A stretch of DNA of 64,000 nucleotides from Synechococcales cyanobacterium CRU_2_2 (lineage in GTDB: Bacteria > Cyanobacteriota > Cyanobacteriia > PCC-9006 > JAAUQQ01), in assembly GCA_012034805.1 (NCBI GenBank), contig JAAUOP010000007.1, forward strand, positions 1,003 to 65,002. The letters run 5' to 3'. Below the pieces are notes generated by a model, which had not been told where the DNA came from, made no database searches, and saw nothing but the letters and a program-made list of their open reading frames with translations. Below are positions 17,496 through 28,997 of this stretch, piece by piece. The translations under genes and the position numbers were made by a program. The number at the start of each line of letters is the position of its first letter. Positions within the stretch are counted from its first letter, which is position 1.

Positions 17496-20171
17496 GCCCA
17501 CCAGCACATAGGTTGCCCACACATGGGGCGTTGTATAGCCCTCCTCCAGCAACGATAACTGCGCCGATCGCAGGGCCTCCGCCCGACTGATTGCTGGATT
17601 TTGCAACGCCTCATAAAACCGTAGCATCAAAGCCGTATTCGGCACATCCTGAGCCTCCCATAGCGTCGAAACCACACTCTGAGCTCCTGCCTGCACTGCC
17701 AACCCCGCCATGCCCAAAACAGCTCGGTTATCTCCTTGAGCCGTAGAACAGGCACTCAAAACTAATAGCTCCACCGGACTCGGCGTACCTGTTCTGGCAT
17801 CGCGCCCCCGCAGCAAAGGGCCTAGTTCTTGCCCTTTGAGCAACCCTTCGTAGGCCACCACAAAGGTTTCTTCTGGATCTGAGCTAAAAACACCGTGGGT
17901 TTTGAGATGAATCGCTGAAAACGATTGGCTAGAGAGCGACTGGGTTAAATTGGCTTTGGTGAACAACTCATTGACCAAGGGCTGGGGTGTGGCAAAGAGA
18001 TTGCGAATGCCTTCGAGTTCTGGTGCGAGGTTGGCGATCGCCGGAAAACTGCGCCCTTCTAGCTCCTGGGGCCGACCCACACCACCCAAAAATACGGAGA
18101 GATTGCGCGATCGCCGTTTGGGATCAAACAATTGCAGCCGAGGCGACAAAGCCACCGCATAGCGGCTAATGAGATAATCCTCCCCGTCGTAGAGCGCGGC
18201 CATCGGAATATTGCGCAAATCTCCATCCAAGACAAACACTAAGGTTTCAACCGACTGGTCTGTGAGGGCAGACTCAAAGGGTTTGATCAACCAGTCATGA
18301 ACCGTGGTGAGGCCTGCGATCGCGTCCGGCGTCCGTCCGGGTGTGGCTAAGTCGTATCGAAGTTGTTGCAGTTGTACCTGCATATCTTTGCGTCCTAGAC
18401 GCACTTCAGTATATTGCAACGGCTGCTGGCCAGGGGGCTCTAGGATAATGACGAGGCGATCGTCCAGAATGAGCGGGTAAAGCTTGGCCGCTTTCGGATC
18501 AACGGCCACGGCCCCGAGAGCCACCGTTTGCGCCAGCTTACAACCGAGGAAATTTTCGAGTTCTGCCAGTTGCAAGGCATCAACCTGTTGAATGGCCTGT
18601 TTTAGGACAGTTTGACTGGGATTGCCGTCCTTGGCGATCGATTCGTCCAACAGCAGCGCAACTAACTCTCGGTAAACGGGCTCTACATCGTCACGGAATG
18701 AAAACTGTAATTCTGGATTACTGGAGAGTAAATCACCGCGAATAGCCGCCAAACTCGTGACCGCATCGCGATAGAGGGCGATCGCCCCTGGCAAATCCTG
18801 CTGCTGGCGCAACAGTCGTCCCAGTTGCCACTCCCAACGATAACGCAAACTTGAAAGTTGTAAGGGATCCAAGGTCAGAAGCGCCTGTTCTGTCCAATAT
18901 TGGGCCTGGGCCCATGCGCCTTGCTGCTCTAACCAGGCTCCCCGCTGACCCAAGGCATGGGCGATCGCGGCAGGATCCGCAAGGGCCTTGGCCTGTCGTA
19001 GGGCAGATTGTATCAAGGGCTCTGGATTTTGTTTGAGCTGGATCAGGCTTTCAGCCAGGTTCAGCTGGGCTTGGACAGTGGCGCGGCTGGCTGGCTGGCT
19101 GGCGAGGTAGAGCGGTAGTTGAGTCTGGAACTGGGAGGCGATCGCGATCGCCTCTGGGGCGTCCATCTCGACCAAAAGGGCCAAACGATTTAATCGACTT
19201 TGCCATTGCAACGGATGGTCTTGGGACAGGGTTTCGGATTGCCGATAAAACTGCAATGCGCTCTGTTCAGCAGCTTTAGCCTCTGCCTGTTTCCCCAAAG
19301 CTTGCCATCGGGTGCGCAAGACCTGGGCACCATTGCCCAGCTCTAGGTATGTTTTGGCTTGTTGATCGATCGCCTCTGGCGGAATCAGGCCGAGGCTTTC
19401 CTGCAGAATCTCTTGCGATCGCTGGGGTTTCCCGATCTGTCGCAAGACAGTGCCGAACAACTGCAGACCCGTGGCCCTTACGTTGGCACTCCAGGGAACT
19501 CCCTTTTGCGATGCTTGGAGTTGCTGATAGCTTTCCTCCAACTGTTCCTCGGCTTGGCCATTGAAGCCCAATGCCATCAGGGCTTGGGCATGATTAAGGC
19601 GCGTTAGCAGCTGACCCTCTGAATCGCCCGCCTCCCCATAAAAAGCCTGGGCAGACTGCCAGGCTTGCTGGGCCTGCTCTATTTTTCCCTGTGACCAATA
19701 CAATCGCCCCTGGACATTGAGAATTCGGGCTTGAATGGATGGCTTGCTGAGGGCAAGAGACGCGTTTGCAGAATCAGTTGTGACTAGGGTTTTGGCTTGT
19801 TTGAGATGAACCTCAGATTGATTCCATTGCCCGAGCTGCTGTTCGGCCAGGGCCAGATAGCTCAGGAGTAGGGCTTGGTGTTGCGGGTGAAGTTTTTGCT
19901 GTTCGAGGGCTGTTTGCCAAAGGGCGATCGCCGCTTGGAAATTTCCCTGTCCGTAGCGTTGAAGACCTTGCTCCCATACTTGTGTTGGGAATCGCTCACT
20001 GGGCGATCGTTCACTGGGCGATCGTTCACTGGGCGATCGTTCACTGGGTAACGGCTCACTCACTGGCTGGGCCCATGCAGGCAATCCGCTGAAGCCGTCA
20101 GCAATGCAAAGTATCAGGCCTAGGGAGCCAGCAGTCATTCGAGTCAGGCGAGACCAGCAACAAACAGCCAT
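17484..20171 (-). CDS. Secreted TPR-repeat CHAT-domain (caspase-like) protein
   Basis: Signal peptide ...GLPAWAQP, (SERSP)x4, long TPR-like helical repeats, and a C-terminal CHAT domain with AIHLKTHG and LLVLSACSTAQGD. Confidence 0.85.
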   Translation of the reverse strand: MAVCCWSRLTRMTAGSLGLILCIADGFSGLPAWAQPVSEPLPSERSPSERSPSERSPSERFPTQVWEQGLQRYGQGNFQAAIALWQTALEQQKLHPQHQALLLSYLALAEQQLGQWNQSEVHLKQAKTLVTTDSANASLALSKPSIQARILNVQGRLYWSQGKIEQAQQAWQSAQAFYGEAGDSEGQLLTRLNHAQALMALGFNGQAEEQLEESYQQLQASQKGVPWSANVRATGLQLFGTVLRQIGKPQRSQEILQESLGLIPPEAIDQQAKTYLELGNGAQVLRTRWQALGKQAEAKAAEQSALQFYRQSETLSQDHPLQWQSRLNRLALLVEMDAPEAIAIASQFQTQLPLYLASQPASRATVQAQLNLAESLIQLKQNPEPLIQSALRQAKALADPAAIAHALGQRGAWLEQQGAWAQAQYWTEQALLTLDPLQLSSLRYRWEWQLGRLLRQQQDLPGAIALYRDAVTSLAAIRGDLLSSNPELQFSFRDDVEPVYRELVALLLDESIAKDGNPSQTVLKQAIQQVDALQLAELENFLGCKLAQTVALGAVAVDPKAAKLYPLILDDRLVIILEPPGQQPLQYTEVRLGRKDMQVQLQQLRYDLATPGRTPDAIAGLTTVHDWLIKPFESALTDQSVETLVFVLDGDLRNIPMAALYDGEDYLISRYAVALSPRLQLFDPKRRSRNLSVFLGGVGRPQELEGRSFPAIANLAPELEGIRNLFATPQPLVNELFTKANLTQSLSSQSFSAIHLKTHGVFSSDPEETFVVAYEGLLKGQELGPLLRGRDARTGTPSPVELLVLSACSTAQGDNRAVLGMAGLAVQAGAQSVVSTLWEAQDVPNTALMLRFYEALQNPAISRAEALRSAQLSLLEEGYTTPHVWATYVLVGNWL

Positions 20172-20235
20172 CGGTCATATTCCGTGAGACAACACGCGTA
20201 TGCTCAATCTGTGTTCTCAGCTTAGCATTCTTAGT

Positions 20236-20259
20236 TTTTGTCCGAAATTTTGTCCGAAA
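20236..20259. promoter_or_regulatory. Perfect 12-bp tandem repeat (ttttgtccgaaa x2) upstream of the TPR-CHAT gene
   Basis: Read directly. Lies 65-88 bp upstream of the start at 20171, in the 96-bp gap after the FHA-like gene. Confidence 0.3.
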
Positions 20260-20267
20260 GTGTAAGT

Positions 20268-23200
20268 CTAATCCAACAGCTTGCAATGTTTGACCTGCGT
20301 GGAGGTTGTGGACTTGGCTGCAAGGATGATTTGTCCCTGGGCGTTGACGTCCCAGTGTGTGGCTTCAGCAAGCGGGTTGGGCACGGGAGTCCTGCTGGAG
20401 TGGACTTGTACTTGTGAAGCATTGAGCCCAGGGGGCAGTCGGAGATCGTCGAGGATGCTGGTACTGGTGAGGGGGGCGCTGGGGTTGGGAGGGAGGCCAC
20501 CCCGTCCGGTGACGAAAAACTCACCTTGGCTTGTTTGTCCTGTGGTGTTGGTCGTTTGGCAACCCTGGCTGGGTTGGGGAATATTGGTAGTGCTGGGGAG
20601 TTGAATCGCACCTTGGGCCGGATTGACATTCAGTCCTACTAAATTGAGGGTACCGTTGCTGCCAAACTCTGAGCTCGCGCTGATATCATTGGTCGCTTGT
20701 TGCCGTAATTGATTAAACGTTTTGCCCTTGTCGTTCAGCGTGAAATTGAGGATGCTGTTAGCATTGATGGTGACATTACCACCCCGACCCGTGAAAGCAT
20801 TGGCAATGATATCATTGTTCTCACCAGGCAAGGCCATAACAAAGGGAGCATTAATGGTGATATTGCCACCATCTCCACCGGACTGAGCCGTGCCTGCAGT
20901 GGCAGAAATCAGGCTACTTTGGTGCATGAGCAAGACATCTCTCACTCCCAAGTCAATGTAGCCACCCTGTCCAAAATCTGTGGAGGCTAGAAGTTGGCCC
21001 TCGCTATCCAAGGTTAATTGATTGGATTGAACGGAGAGGGTGCCAGCCGCTCCAGTTGCTGGTCGGGTTCCTATGAGAATACCGGTGATATTTTTGAGGG
21101 TGTTTGTAGCCAGATTAAGATCAGATGCACTCCCGGAGGCAACTGTTATCGTAGCGCGATCGCGCACCTGAACAATGGGCGATCGCACAATTAAATCGCC
21201 AGCCTTCCCTTGATCCGTCGTCTGAGCGTATAAACCACTGGCAAAGCCATCTGGATCGGTACCTTGCACTAGCAATTTTTCTGAGGCTACGACACTCAAC
21301 GTCCCGCCTTGACCTGTGGCAAATGTAGATGCTGAGATTGCGCCCCATTTTGGATTGTAAGTTGAGGTGTGGTGACGCTCAAATCGCCCGCATTACCGAT
21401 GCCAAATGTATCGGTTGAAAATGCTGTTGGCGTTCGGCCTGTGGGGGACAGAATCGATCCATCCAGACTAATCGACTCGGCGGCATTGACCGTCAAGTTA
21501 CCCCCCTGCCCCCTGCCAAATGCTGAAGTAGATAATATGCCTCCTGTCTGCAGAATGACCTGACCCGCGTTCACCGTTAAATCTCCAGCTTTACTGGGAC
21601 TAAAACTAGATGTTGCTAAACGGCTGGGAGACTTGCCATCGGGTGAGATGCCGCTAATATCGACGACACTTGCTGTAATGTTCACATTGCCGCCAAGCCC
21701 TGCTGGAGAGTCAATTGCATTAACATCGCCCGTTGTCGAGGCAATGATAGCGCCATCCCGCAATTGTAAGTGTCCCGCTTCGATCGCTACATTCCCGCCA
21801 TTCCCGGCACCAAGTGTATTAGCGACAATCTGAGACGATTGGCCTGTAGCCGATGTACCTGCCAGGGTTAGACTATCTGTAGCGACAATCGTAATGTCAC
21901 CGCCACGACCCGCCCCTACGGTACCGGCCACAATGTTGGTACCATTCTTGAGGCTGATGGTAGGAGCGCTGAGGCGAATCTCACCCGCCTGCCCTGCGCC
22001 TGCTGTACCACTATTGATCTCGCTATCCGTGAGGGCGATCGCTCCTGCTTGAATGGTGATCGCCCCGGCTTGCCCCGTTCCCGCTGTACCCGTAAGTAAA
22101 CGGCTGTTACTGGAAGCAAACGTGCCCTCATTCGTGATTTGGATATTGCCTCCATTCGCATTGCCAAAGGTCGCAGCATTCAGACTCGAGGTTGTAATAT
22201 TGCCGCTTGGGGCGAACAGTTGAATCGATCCAGCTCCTCCAGCCGCAGAGTCAGTCCGAACAAGTCCTTGGGTGGTGATATCACCGCTGGTACTGGTCAA
22301 GCGAATATCGCCCCCCTGACCCAAGCCAAAACTCCCTGAATCAATGGTGTCTTGCGTAGTAATATCTTGTGCTGCTGTGATAGCGATTGCTCCACCATTC
22401 CCGAACTGGGAGGTTGTCGTTAATTGACCCGTAATATTGACCCTGCCCGTTTCACTAGTCAAGCGAACCGTTCCTCCTGATGCCGATGAAAAGGAGATGG
22501 CTGTGAGAAATCCGGCCACAATATCGCTATATCCTGTGAGCGATATATTTCCGGGTATCAATCCATTTACATCAATGAGAGATGTCTCAATCCCCCCACT
22601 CCGACTGAGCAGTCGAATCGAACCACTAGGGGGGCCACCGAGGCCAAAGGACCGTATTGCAAAGATGCGAACATTATCCTTCGCCAAAACTGTGACATCC
22701 CCACCCCTGCCTGAGTCACCAAAAGGCCCCCGTGCTGCTATGGCACCGATATTAGCACCGCCGCGTGAATCAATCACCACAGTCCCTGCATTACCGGGAA
22801 AGCCATCTACATCAATCTCTCCCTCGACCTGAATCGAGCCACTGAGGGCAGAGTTTGGGGCGTACTGATTCGTTAGAAAAACGAGGCGATCGCTAATATC
22901 ACCGCCGTTGGCTGCTCCAATACTCCCGATCACAATGTCGGTGCTGGTTGGGGTACCTGTACTTGTGGGGGGTGGCGTAAAGCCAAGGGGAGATCCTGTC
23001 AAACTGGGGTTGCCAAAGGCAGTTGTGCCTGCCCGGATATCTAGGGTGGGACGAGCACTTCCATCGATCGCCAAGGTTGTTCCATCGGAGAGAGTCACGG
23101 TTTCCTGAAGCGACGTTGCTGGCGTACCCGCTCCTGTGAGAGTGACACGATCGGAAATCGTGACACTGCCCCCTGCCAGAATATGCAGAGATGTGCCCGT

Positions 23201-24175
23201 ATAGCTCGCAAAACTGACATCGCCGCTGGCACGAAGTACCGGGTCGTGGGGACTGACTAAACTTCCCAAAGCGCCATCCAGTTGCTCAATCCGCAGATTA
23301 CCGCCCGCTTGCCCATGGATATCTCCCAGAACTGGATTTGCGGATCGCCAGATCATATCCCTACCGGACCATAGGCCACTTTGGGGATGATTCAGGGCAG
23401 TCATTTCGACTTGGCGATCGCCTTGAATCAAAAGCTGTCCCTGTGCCGCGACCTGCAAGGGCTGCGTCAGGCTATCGCGGAGTTGCACAGTATCCGAAGC
23501 ATACAAAACTAAATCGCGTCCAGCTTGTATTTGTCCCCGCCCATCAATGCGGCTTGCCGCTAGGGTTAAGTTCTGGGGAGACTGAAGTTGCGCTCCCTCA
23601 ATTACCAAAGCTCCCGAGGCGTTCCCCCACTGCAATCCTGGTGTAACGTTCAAGGTTAGCAATGGTGGTGCTTGGGGATTTGTGGCACTGAATTTGCTGC
23701 CATTGCCAAACGTCAATGCATTAGCTGTGGTTGCCAGGAAGGAACCACCAATATCCAGCGCAGCATGGGAACCGAAGAGAATTCCATTGGGATTGAGCAG
23801 AAACAAACTGGCGCTGCCATTGGCCTTAATCAGCCCATCAATGCTGGAGGGATTACTACCTGTAACTCGAGTAAAAATCGCTTGAATTTGTGAGTCGTTA
23901 TCAAACCACGCTTGTCCCCCTGCAGGAATCGAGAATTCCTTAAAACTGTGGAACAGATTGGAACCTCGGCTCGTGCCGCCATTGATGGTGCAACCTCCTG
24001 TGCAGGGGGCGATCGCAGAGCCATTCACCTGTGTTGACAAGGTTCCATCTCCGGTGATTTGTGCCAGAGCTACAGCTGGTGAGGTGGCTAAAATAACACC
24101 ACCAAGTATCCCTAATCCGCCGCCTTTCGTAGACTGAAACCTTTGTTTTTGAAGCATATCCAGCATCCAGGTCAA
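20268..24175 (-). pseudogene. Giant TPS-domain (filamentous-haemagglutinin N-terminal domain) beta-helical exoprotein, copy 1; one frameshift near 21335-21345
   Basis: TPS motifs NLFHSFKEFSIPAGG and FLLNPNGILFG. G/T/S-rich beta-helix repeats. ORFs 21296..24175 and 20268..21299 join as ...LTIQNGAQ/ISASTFATGQGGTLSVVASEKL once one base is restored. Confidence 0.8.
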
Positions 24176-24265
24176 TAATATTACTGAGTGGGTGAAGGTA
24201 TTTTACTACTAGTAATAACGCGCGAAAGTATATGACTTCTGGCAGCCACAGCCAACCTAAGTTTT

Positions 24266-24298
24266 GTAAGGTAGTAGGGTGAAGCCCTACTACCTTAC
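24266..24298 (-). other. 14-bp stem-loop between the RTX gene and FHA-like gene 1
   Basis: gtaaggtagtaggg-tgaag-ccctactaccttac. No clear U-tract, so it may be a processing or weak termination signal. Confidence 0.35.
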
Positions 24299-24341
24299 TT
24301 ATGCTAACTGCTAACTCAACTCAACCTAGCATCACAGCAAG

Positions 24342-25235
24342 CTAGACAAAGATGAAGTCACGGGACATACTCACGTTTGTGGTGTCCTGGATAACAGCAA
24401 TCAAATCGCTATTGGAATAGACAAGGGTGTCTGTTGCAGCGCTACCGGCCAAGTTGCCGGTGCCGAGAGAATAGCTGGAGTTACCAGTAACCTCCACAAA
24501 GTCACTCGTCCAGTCCCAGTCTGCGATCGTGGCATAGCCAAAGCCCTGATAGGAAACACCCCAACCGCCACCCAGGATAAACGTGTCAGAGCCGGCACCA
24601 CCATAGAGTGTGTCGTATTCCACGCCTGACGTTGCATAACCATCAATGCGGTCATTGCCATCCCCACCGACCAAGGTGTCATCGCCACTCATGCCCAGCA
24701 GGGTATCGTTACCACCACCTCCGTACAAATAATCATGACCTGTTCCGCCATTGAGGTAATCATTGCCCTCGTAGCCACTCAGTGTGTCGCTCCCGTCACC
24801 GCCGTAAAGCGTGTCGTCTCCGTAGCCACCGAGTAGGTAATCATTGCCAGCTCCACCATCCAGGTAATCGGGTGTAAAGGCAAAGCTGCTGACCAATCCA
24901 CCATCAATGTGGTCATCGCCATTGCCACCATACAGACTGTCACTGCCATATCCGCCATAGAGTGTGTCATTACCTGAACCACCCTCTAGAATGTCGGCAC
25001 CATCTCCCCCATCCAAGTAGTCATTGCCTGACTCTCCTTGAAGCAGGTCATTACCGTAACCGCCGTAGATTGTGTCGTTGCCAGAGAAGCCTTTGAGCGT
25101 GTCGTCACCACTCAACCCATCAATGTAATCATTGCCGGAGCCTCCCCAGATAAAATCGTTGCCGGAGGTACCCGTTGCGACGAGGTCATCACTACCGAAG
25201 AAGTTGATATTGGAACCGGTTTGGTAGGTTGTCAT
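24342..25235 (-). CDS. RTX-type (haemolysin-type calcium-binding repeat) protein
   Basis: More than 15 consecutive nonapeptides of the form GGxGxDxLx (GGSGNDYIDGLSGDDTLKGFSGNDTIYGGYGNDLLQ...). 297 aa. Confidence 0.85.
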   Translation of the reverse strand: MTTYQTGSNINFFGSDDLVATGTSGNDFIWGGSGNDYIDGLSGDDTLKGFSGNDTIYGGYGNDLLQGESGNDYLDGGDGADILEGGSGNDTLYGGYGSDSLYGGNGDDHIDGGLVSSFAFTPDYLDGGAGNDYLLGGYGDDTLYGGDGSDTLSGYEGNDYLNGGTGHDYLYGGGGNDTLLGMSGDDTLVGGDGNDRIDGYATSGVEYDTLYGGAGSDTFILGGGWGVSYQGFGYATIADWDWTSDFVEVTGNSSYSLGTGNLAGSAATDTLVYSNSDLIAVIQDTTNVSMSRDFIFV

Positions 25236-25402
25236 TGCTTTATCCCTGCTGTGAATAATGTGTGTTTGAAAGGAAGTTTCGCTTGGAAAACTCGATGTTC
25301 CTTGCTTGATTTCCCTTCATGTCTCCTTGTACGAAGGAGCAAGAAGCGTTATTCACCAGGTAGAAGACAAGACCAATGAAAATCAGCCTGAATACAGCCG
25401 TG

Positions 25403-25828
25403 CTAAAGGGGTTTGACCGCAGCCAATCCAATTTCCTGTCCATGGGATAGCTCCAGGGTATGGCCATCTGGGTCCCGCAAGAAAGCCCAATACCCAATCG
25501 GATAGCCAGAATCTTGGGGAGGCTGGAGCAGTACCCCATCCTGTTTTGCCCGCTCGCACAGCAGATCCATTTGCTCTCGGCTCTCACATCCAACGCCGAG
25601 GTGGGCAAGGGGAGATAACACAGGATGAACTGTAGCGGTTTGAATCAAAACAATCGCAAAGGGACGAGTGCGATCACAAAGCCAGACCACCCCCACCCCC
25701 GTTTCGCCGTCGATGCGGCGATGAATAACCTGCATAGACGCATAGGTCGCATAAAACTCGATGCTGCTGTCAATATCTGCGACCGGGAGCGCGATGTGAG
25801 TCAGGCCAAGATCGATGTTAGCGGACAT
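25403..25828 (-). CDS. VOC/glyoxalase-family protein
   Basis: LTHIALPVADIDSSIEFY...AFLRDPDGHTLELSHG is typical of the VOC fold. Starts 25 nt after the true stop of FHA-like gene 2. Confidence 0.7.
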   Translation of the reverse strand: MSANIDLGLTHIALPVADIDSSIEFYATYASMQVIHRRIDGETGVGVVWLCDRTRPFAIVLIQTATVHPVLSPLAHLGVGCESREQMDLLCERAKQDGVLLQPPQDSGYPIGYWAFLRDPDGHTLELSHGQEIGLAAVKPL

Positions 25829-25852
25829 AAAGACCTCAAGTTCAAGATCGGT

Positions 25853-28800
25853 TTAGTTCAAAAGTTTGCAACGATTTACACCTGGAGCGGTCATGGGTTG
25901 GGCAACAAGGGTAACTTGCCCCTGAGCGTTCATTTTCCAGTGTGTGGCCTCAGCGAGCACAGAGAATGCAGGCACAACAGAAGAATCAGCGACTGAAGCA
26001 TTGAGTCCAGGAGGAATCCGCAAGTCGTCGAGGATGGTAGCGCTGTTGAGGGGGTCGCTGGGGCTAGGGGGGAGCCGCCGCGTCCAGTGGTGAAAAATTC
26101 GGCTGGGGTGGTTGGGCCGTTGCTACGAGTCGTCTCGCAGCCTTGGCGGGGTTGGGGGGTATCGGTGGTGCTCGGGAGCTGTCCAACCCCTTGAGCCGGA
26201 TCCACATTGAGCCCAGTTAAATTGAGGACACCATCGCTACCGAACTCTGAGCTGGCACTGATGTCATTGCTAGGTTGATTTCGCAACTGATCAAAGGTTT
26301 TCCCCTTGTCGTTGACGGTGAAGTTGAGGATATCATTTGCATTAATCGTAATATTGCCACCGGTGCCGCTGAAGGCATTGGCAATGATGTCGTTATTCTC
26401 GCCAGGAAGGGAGATGACAAAGGGAGACGCGATCGCAATATTGCCGCCGTTGCCTGCGCCTTGGGCACGGCCAGCCGTAGCGCTGAGCAGACTGCCATTG
26501 CGCATGATGAGGGCTTGGTCGAGGGCCAAGGTAATGTCGCCACCATTGGCGGTATTGGAATCCGCAACGATTTCACCGCTGTCAAGGAGGAGGCGAGGGG
26601 GAGTGCCGAGGTCACCGATGATGATGTTGCCAGCAGCTCCGGTTGCGGTGGAACGAACGTAGATGCCACTGTTGGGGCTAATGGGCGTGATCGGAGGAAC
26701 ACGGCTACCAAATTGGGCGCGTCGAGCGGCATAAGCGGGGTCACGACCCACGATGCGAATGTTATCTGTGACGTTGATAGCGACTGTCCCCGCCGAGCCG
26801 CTGCTATCACTCGTGGAGAGGATTTGGCCACCGTTGAGGATTGACAATTCCCCAAGCTTGAGCGTGATATCGCCGCCAGCTTGGCTGTTGATAGTCCGAG
26901 AATCCATCACAGCTCCATTGCTGATTTGAAGCTGCGCGGCCGTGAGCAAGATGTCGCCCCCTGCACCTGTCCCTGTGCTGGTGCCGATGCCTGTCCCCGC
27001 CTCCGGTGTACCATTGCCCGCGAAGATTGTGCTAGAGCGCCCGTCTAGAGGGTTGATACCATCTAGCAGAATGTCACGACCGGCTACAATCCTTATATTC
27101 CCTGCATTCCCGTCGCCACGGGTATTGGACAAGAGTGCAGCGCCATCACGCACTTCTAGTCTACCGGCTGTGGTAATCTCGACATCGCCGCCTTTACCTT
27201 TACCGCCAAATCCGACACGGCTGGCAGCGGAGCTAACAGATTCGCCATTGGGGGTAGTGCCTTGAAACAGAACGCGATCGCGGGCGTTGATGGCGACATT
27301 TCCCGCATTCCCCTCGCTAAACGTCGTGGCTGTTAGTCGAGCCCCATCCCGCACCTCTAGACTACCGGTATTAATCTCAATGTTGCCACCTGCCCCCTTG
27401 GCTCTAAATTCCACACTGCTAGCGGCAGCGCTGACAAATCCACTGGCACTACTGCCCTGAAACAGAACGCGGCCAGTTTCTCCAGACTCCGCAGAATCGC
27501 GGGTGTTGATGACAATGTTCCCAGCATCCCCCTCACCGCGGGTATTGGCCAAGAGTTGGGCCCCATCGCGCATCTCCAGGCTGCCAGTATTAATTTCAAT
27601 ATTCCCGCCCTTGCCCTTAGCCCTCACCTCAACGGTGCTAAGAGCAGCTGAAGCACCCTGGAACAGAACGCGACCGGTTTTACCAGGCTGTGTAGAGTTG
27701 AGTGTGTTAATAAGCACGCTTCCCGCATCGCCTGTCCCAAACGTACTCGCACTTAACTGTCCTCCATCTCGCACCACGACCTGTTGTGCCCGCACCTCAA
27801 CATCACCACCCCGCCCCGTTGCCCCAGGTCCGATCTGATTTGCAACCTGACTAAGGTTGCCTGCCACTGTGACCATACTCGTGGCATCGAGTCGTACCGT
27901 TCCCGCTTGGCTACTCGGTGTCCCCAACCCTCGTAAAATTCCCCCGCTTAACACGCTTGCCCCACTGACCTCAATATCCCGCGCCGTAATTGAAATATCT
28001 CCACCACCTACCCCCGCAACAAAGACCCCGGCCCCATTCTCAAACCTGACATCTCCCCGCGCTAGCCCACCGACAAATCCCAGCCCTCCATCCGATGACA
28101 ACAGCACCGTTTCCGGCTCTGCGGTGGGCCCCGCCAAGCTCCGAAGCATCGCCCCAAGTTCAACCCGTCCACCCAACGCGACCAAACGCCCCCGATTAAC
28201 CACCACCTCACCGCCTAATAATCGCAAATTCTGGGTATCAGAAACGCGCAAAACGCCTTCATTGACCGAAATTCCTGGGATCGGACGCGACGTGATCCCA
28301 AAACCACTCGGATCCCCCACAATTCGCAATAAGGGTTGGGCGTTACCTGGGTTTATCGCATCAAAGCGACTCCCGTCAGGCCACACGATCGCATCCAGTG
28401 TCGTCGCCGTAAAATCCCCCCGAGTCGTGCCCCCAATATCAAGCTGGGCATTTGGCCCAAACACAATCCCAGCTGGATTAATCAAAAAGAAATTGACCGC
28501 TGGACTCTCTGTAAAAATCAGCCCATCAATCGATGAAACCGATCCACCCACCACTCGCGCCAAAATGTTACGAATTATTGCTGAGCTTTGAAATCCAACC
28601 TGCTCACCTGTTGCCAAATTAAATCGCCCAAGACTATGGAACAAATTTCTACCAACAGTCGTTCCATCCGCCTGCTGAATCAGATAGTTTGGGCCATTTC
28701 CAAGGATCCTTGCGGATCCTAAGCTGCTATCCAGCGTGATGGTTTGTGCCACCACAGAAGATTCCAAGAATACATGTGTCCCCAGCCATATCCCAAGAAT

Positions 28801-28854
28801 CCATCTGTGTAACACTTGTGAATGACAACAAACTCGAGGACACCCCAGTATCAT
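25853..28854 (-). pseudogene. Giant TPS-domain beta-helical exoprotein, copy 2; C-terminal frameshift at a G5 run (26050-26054)
   Basis: TPS motifs NLFHSLGRFNL and FFLINPAGIVFG. After ...GRGGSPLAPATP, the paralog-matching sequence LNSATILDDLRIPPGLNAS...AEATHWKMNAQGQVTLVA...RCKLLN* continues in another frame to a stop at 25853-25855. Confidence 0.8.
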
Positions 28855-28997
28855 CGTTGTTCTCCTGAGTGATGGATCGAGAAAATAGGATCTCGCAACA
28901 CCTATTTCCGTTTATTCTACAGAACTGAGCTTCTAATGGCATCTAAGGAAGACAGAAGTATCAACCCGCAAAAATCAACAAGCTTTAATCCATGCTC

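Noticed and set aside
20281-28591. Dozens of 60-245-aa ORFs in other frames within the two FHA-like genes (e.g. 22437..22832, 26217..26855, 26275..26844, 27857..28591), and the periodic DNA repeats as a possible CRISPR array
   Set aside because: These are shadow ORFs of long G/T/S-rich repetitive coding sequence. The repeats are imperfect, lack unique spacers of constant length, and translate into beta-helix repeats.
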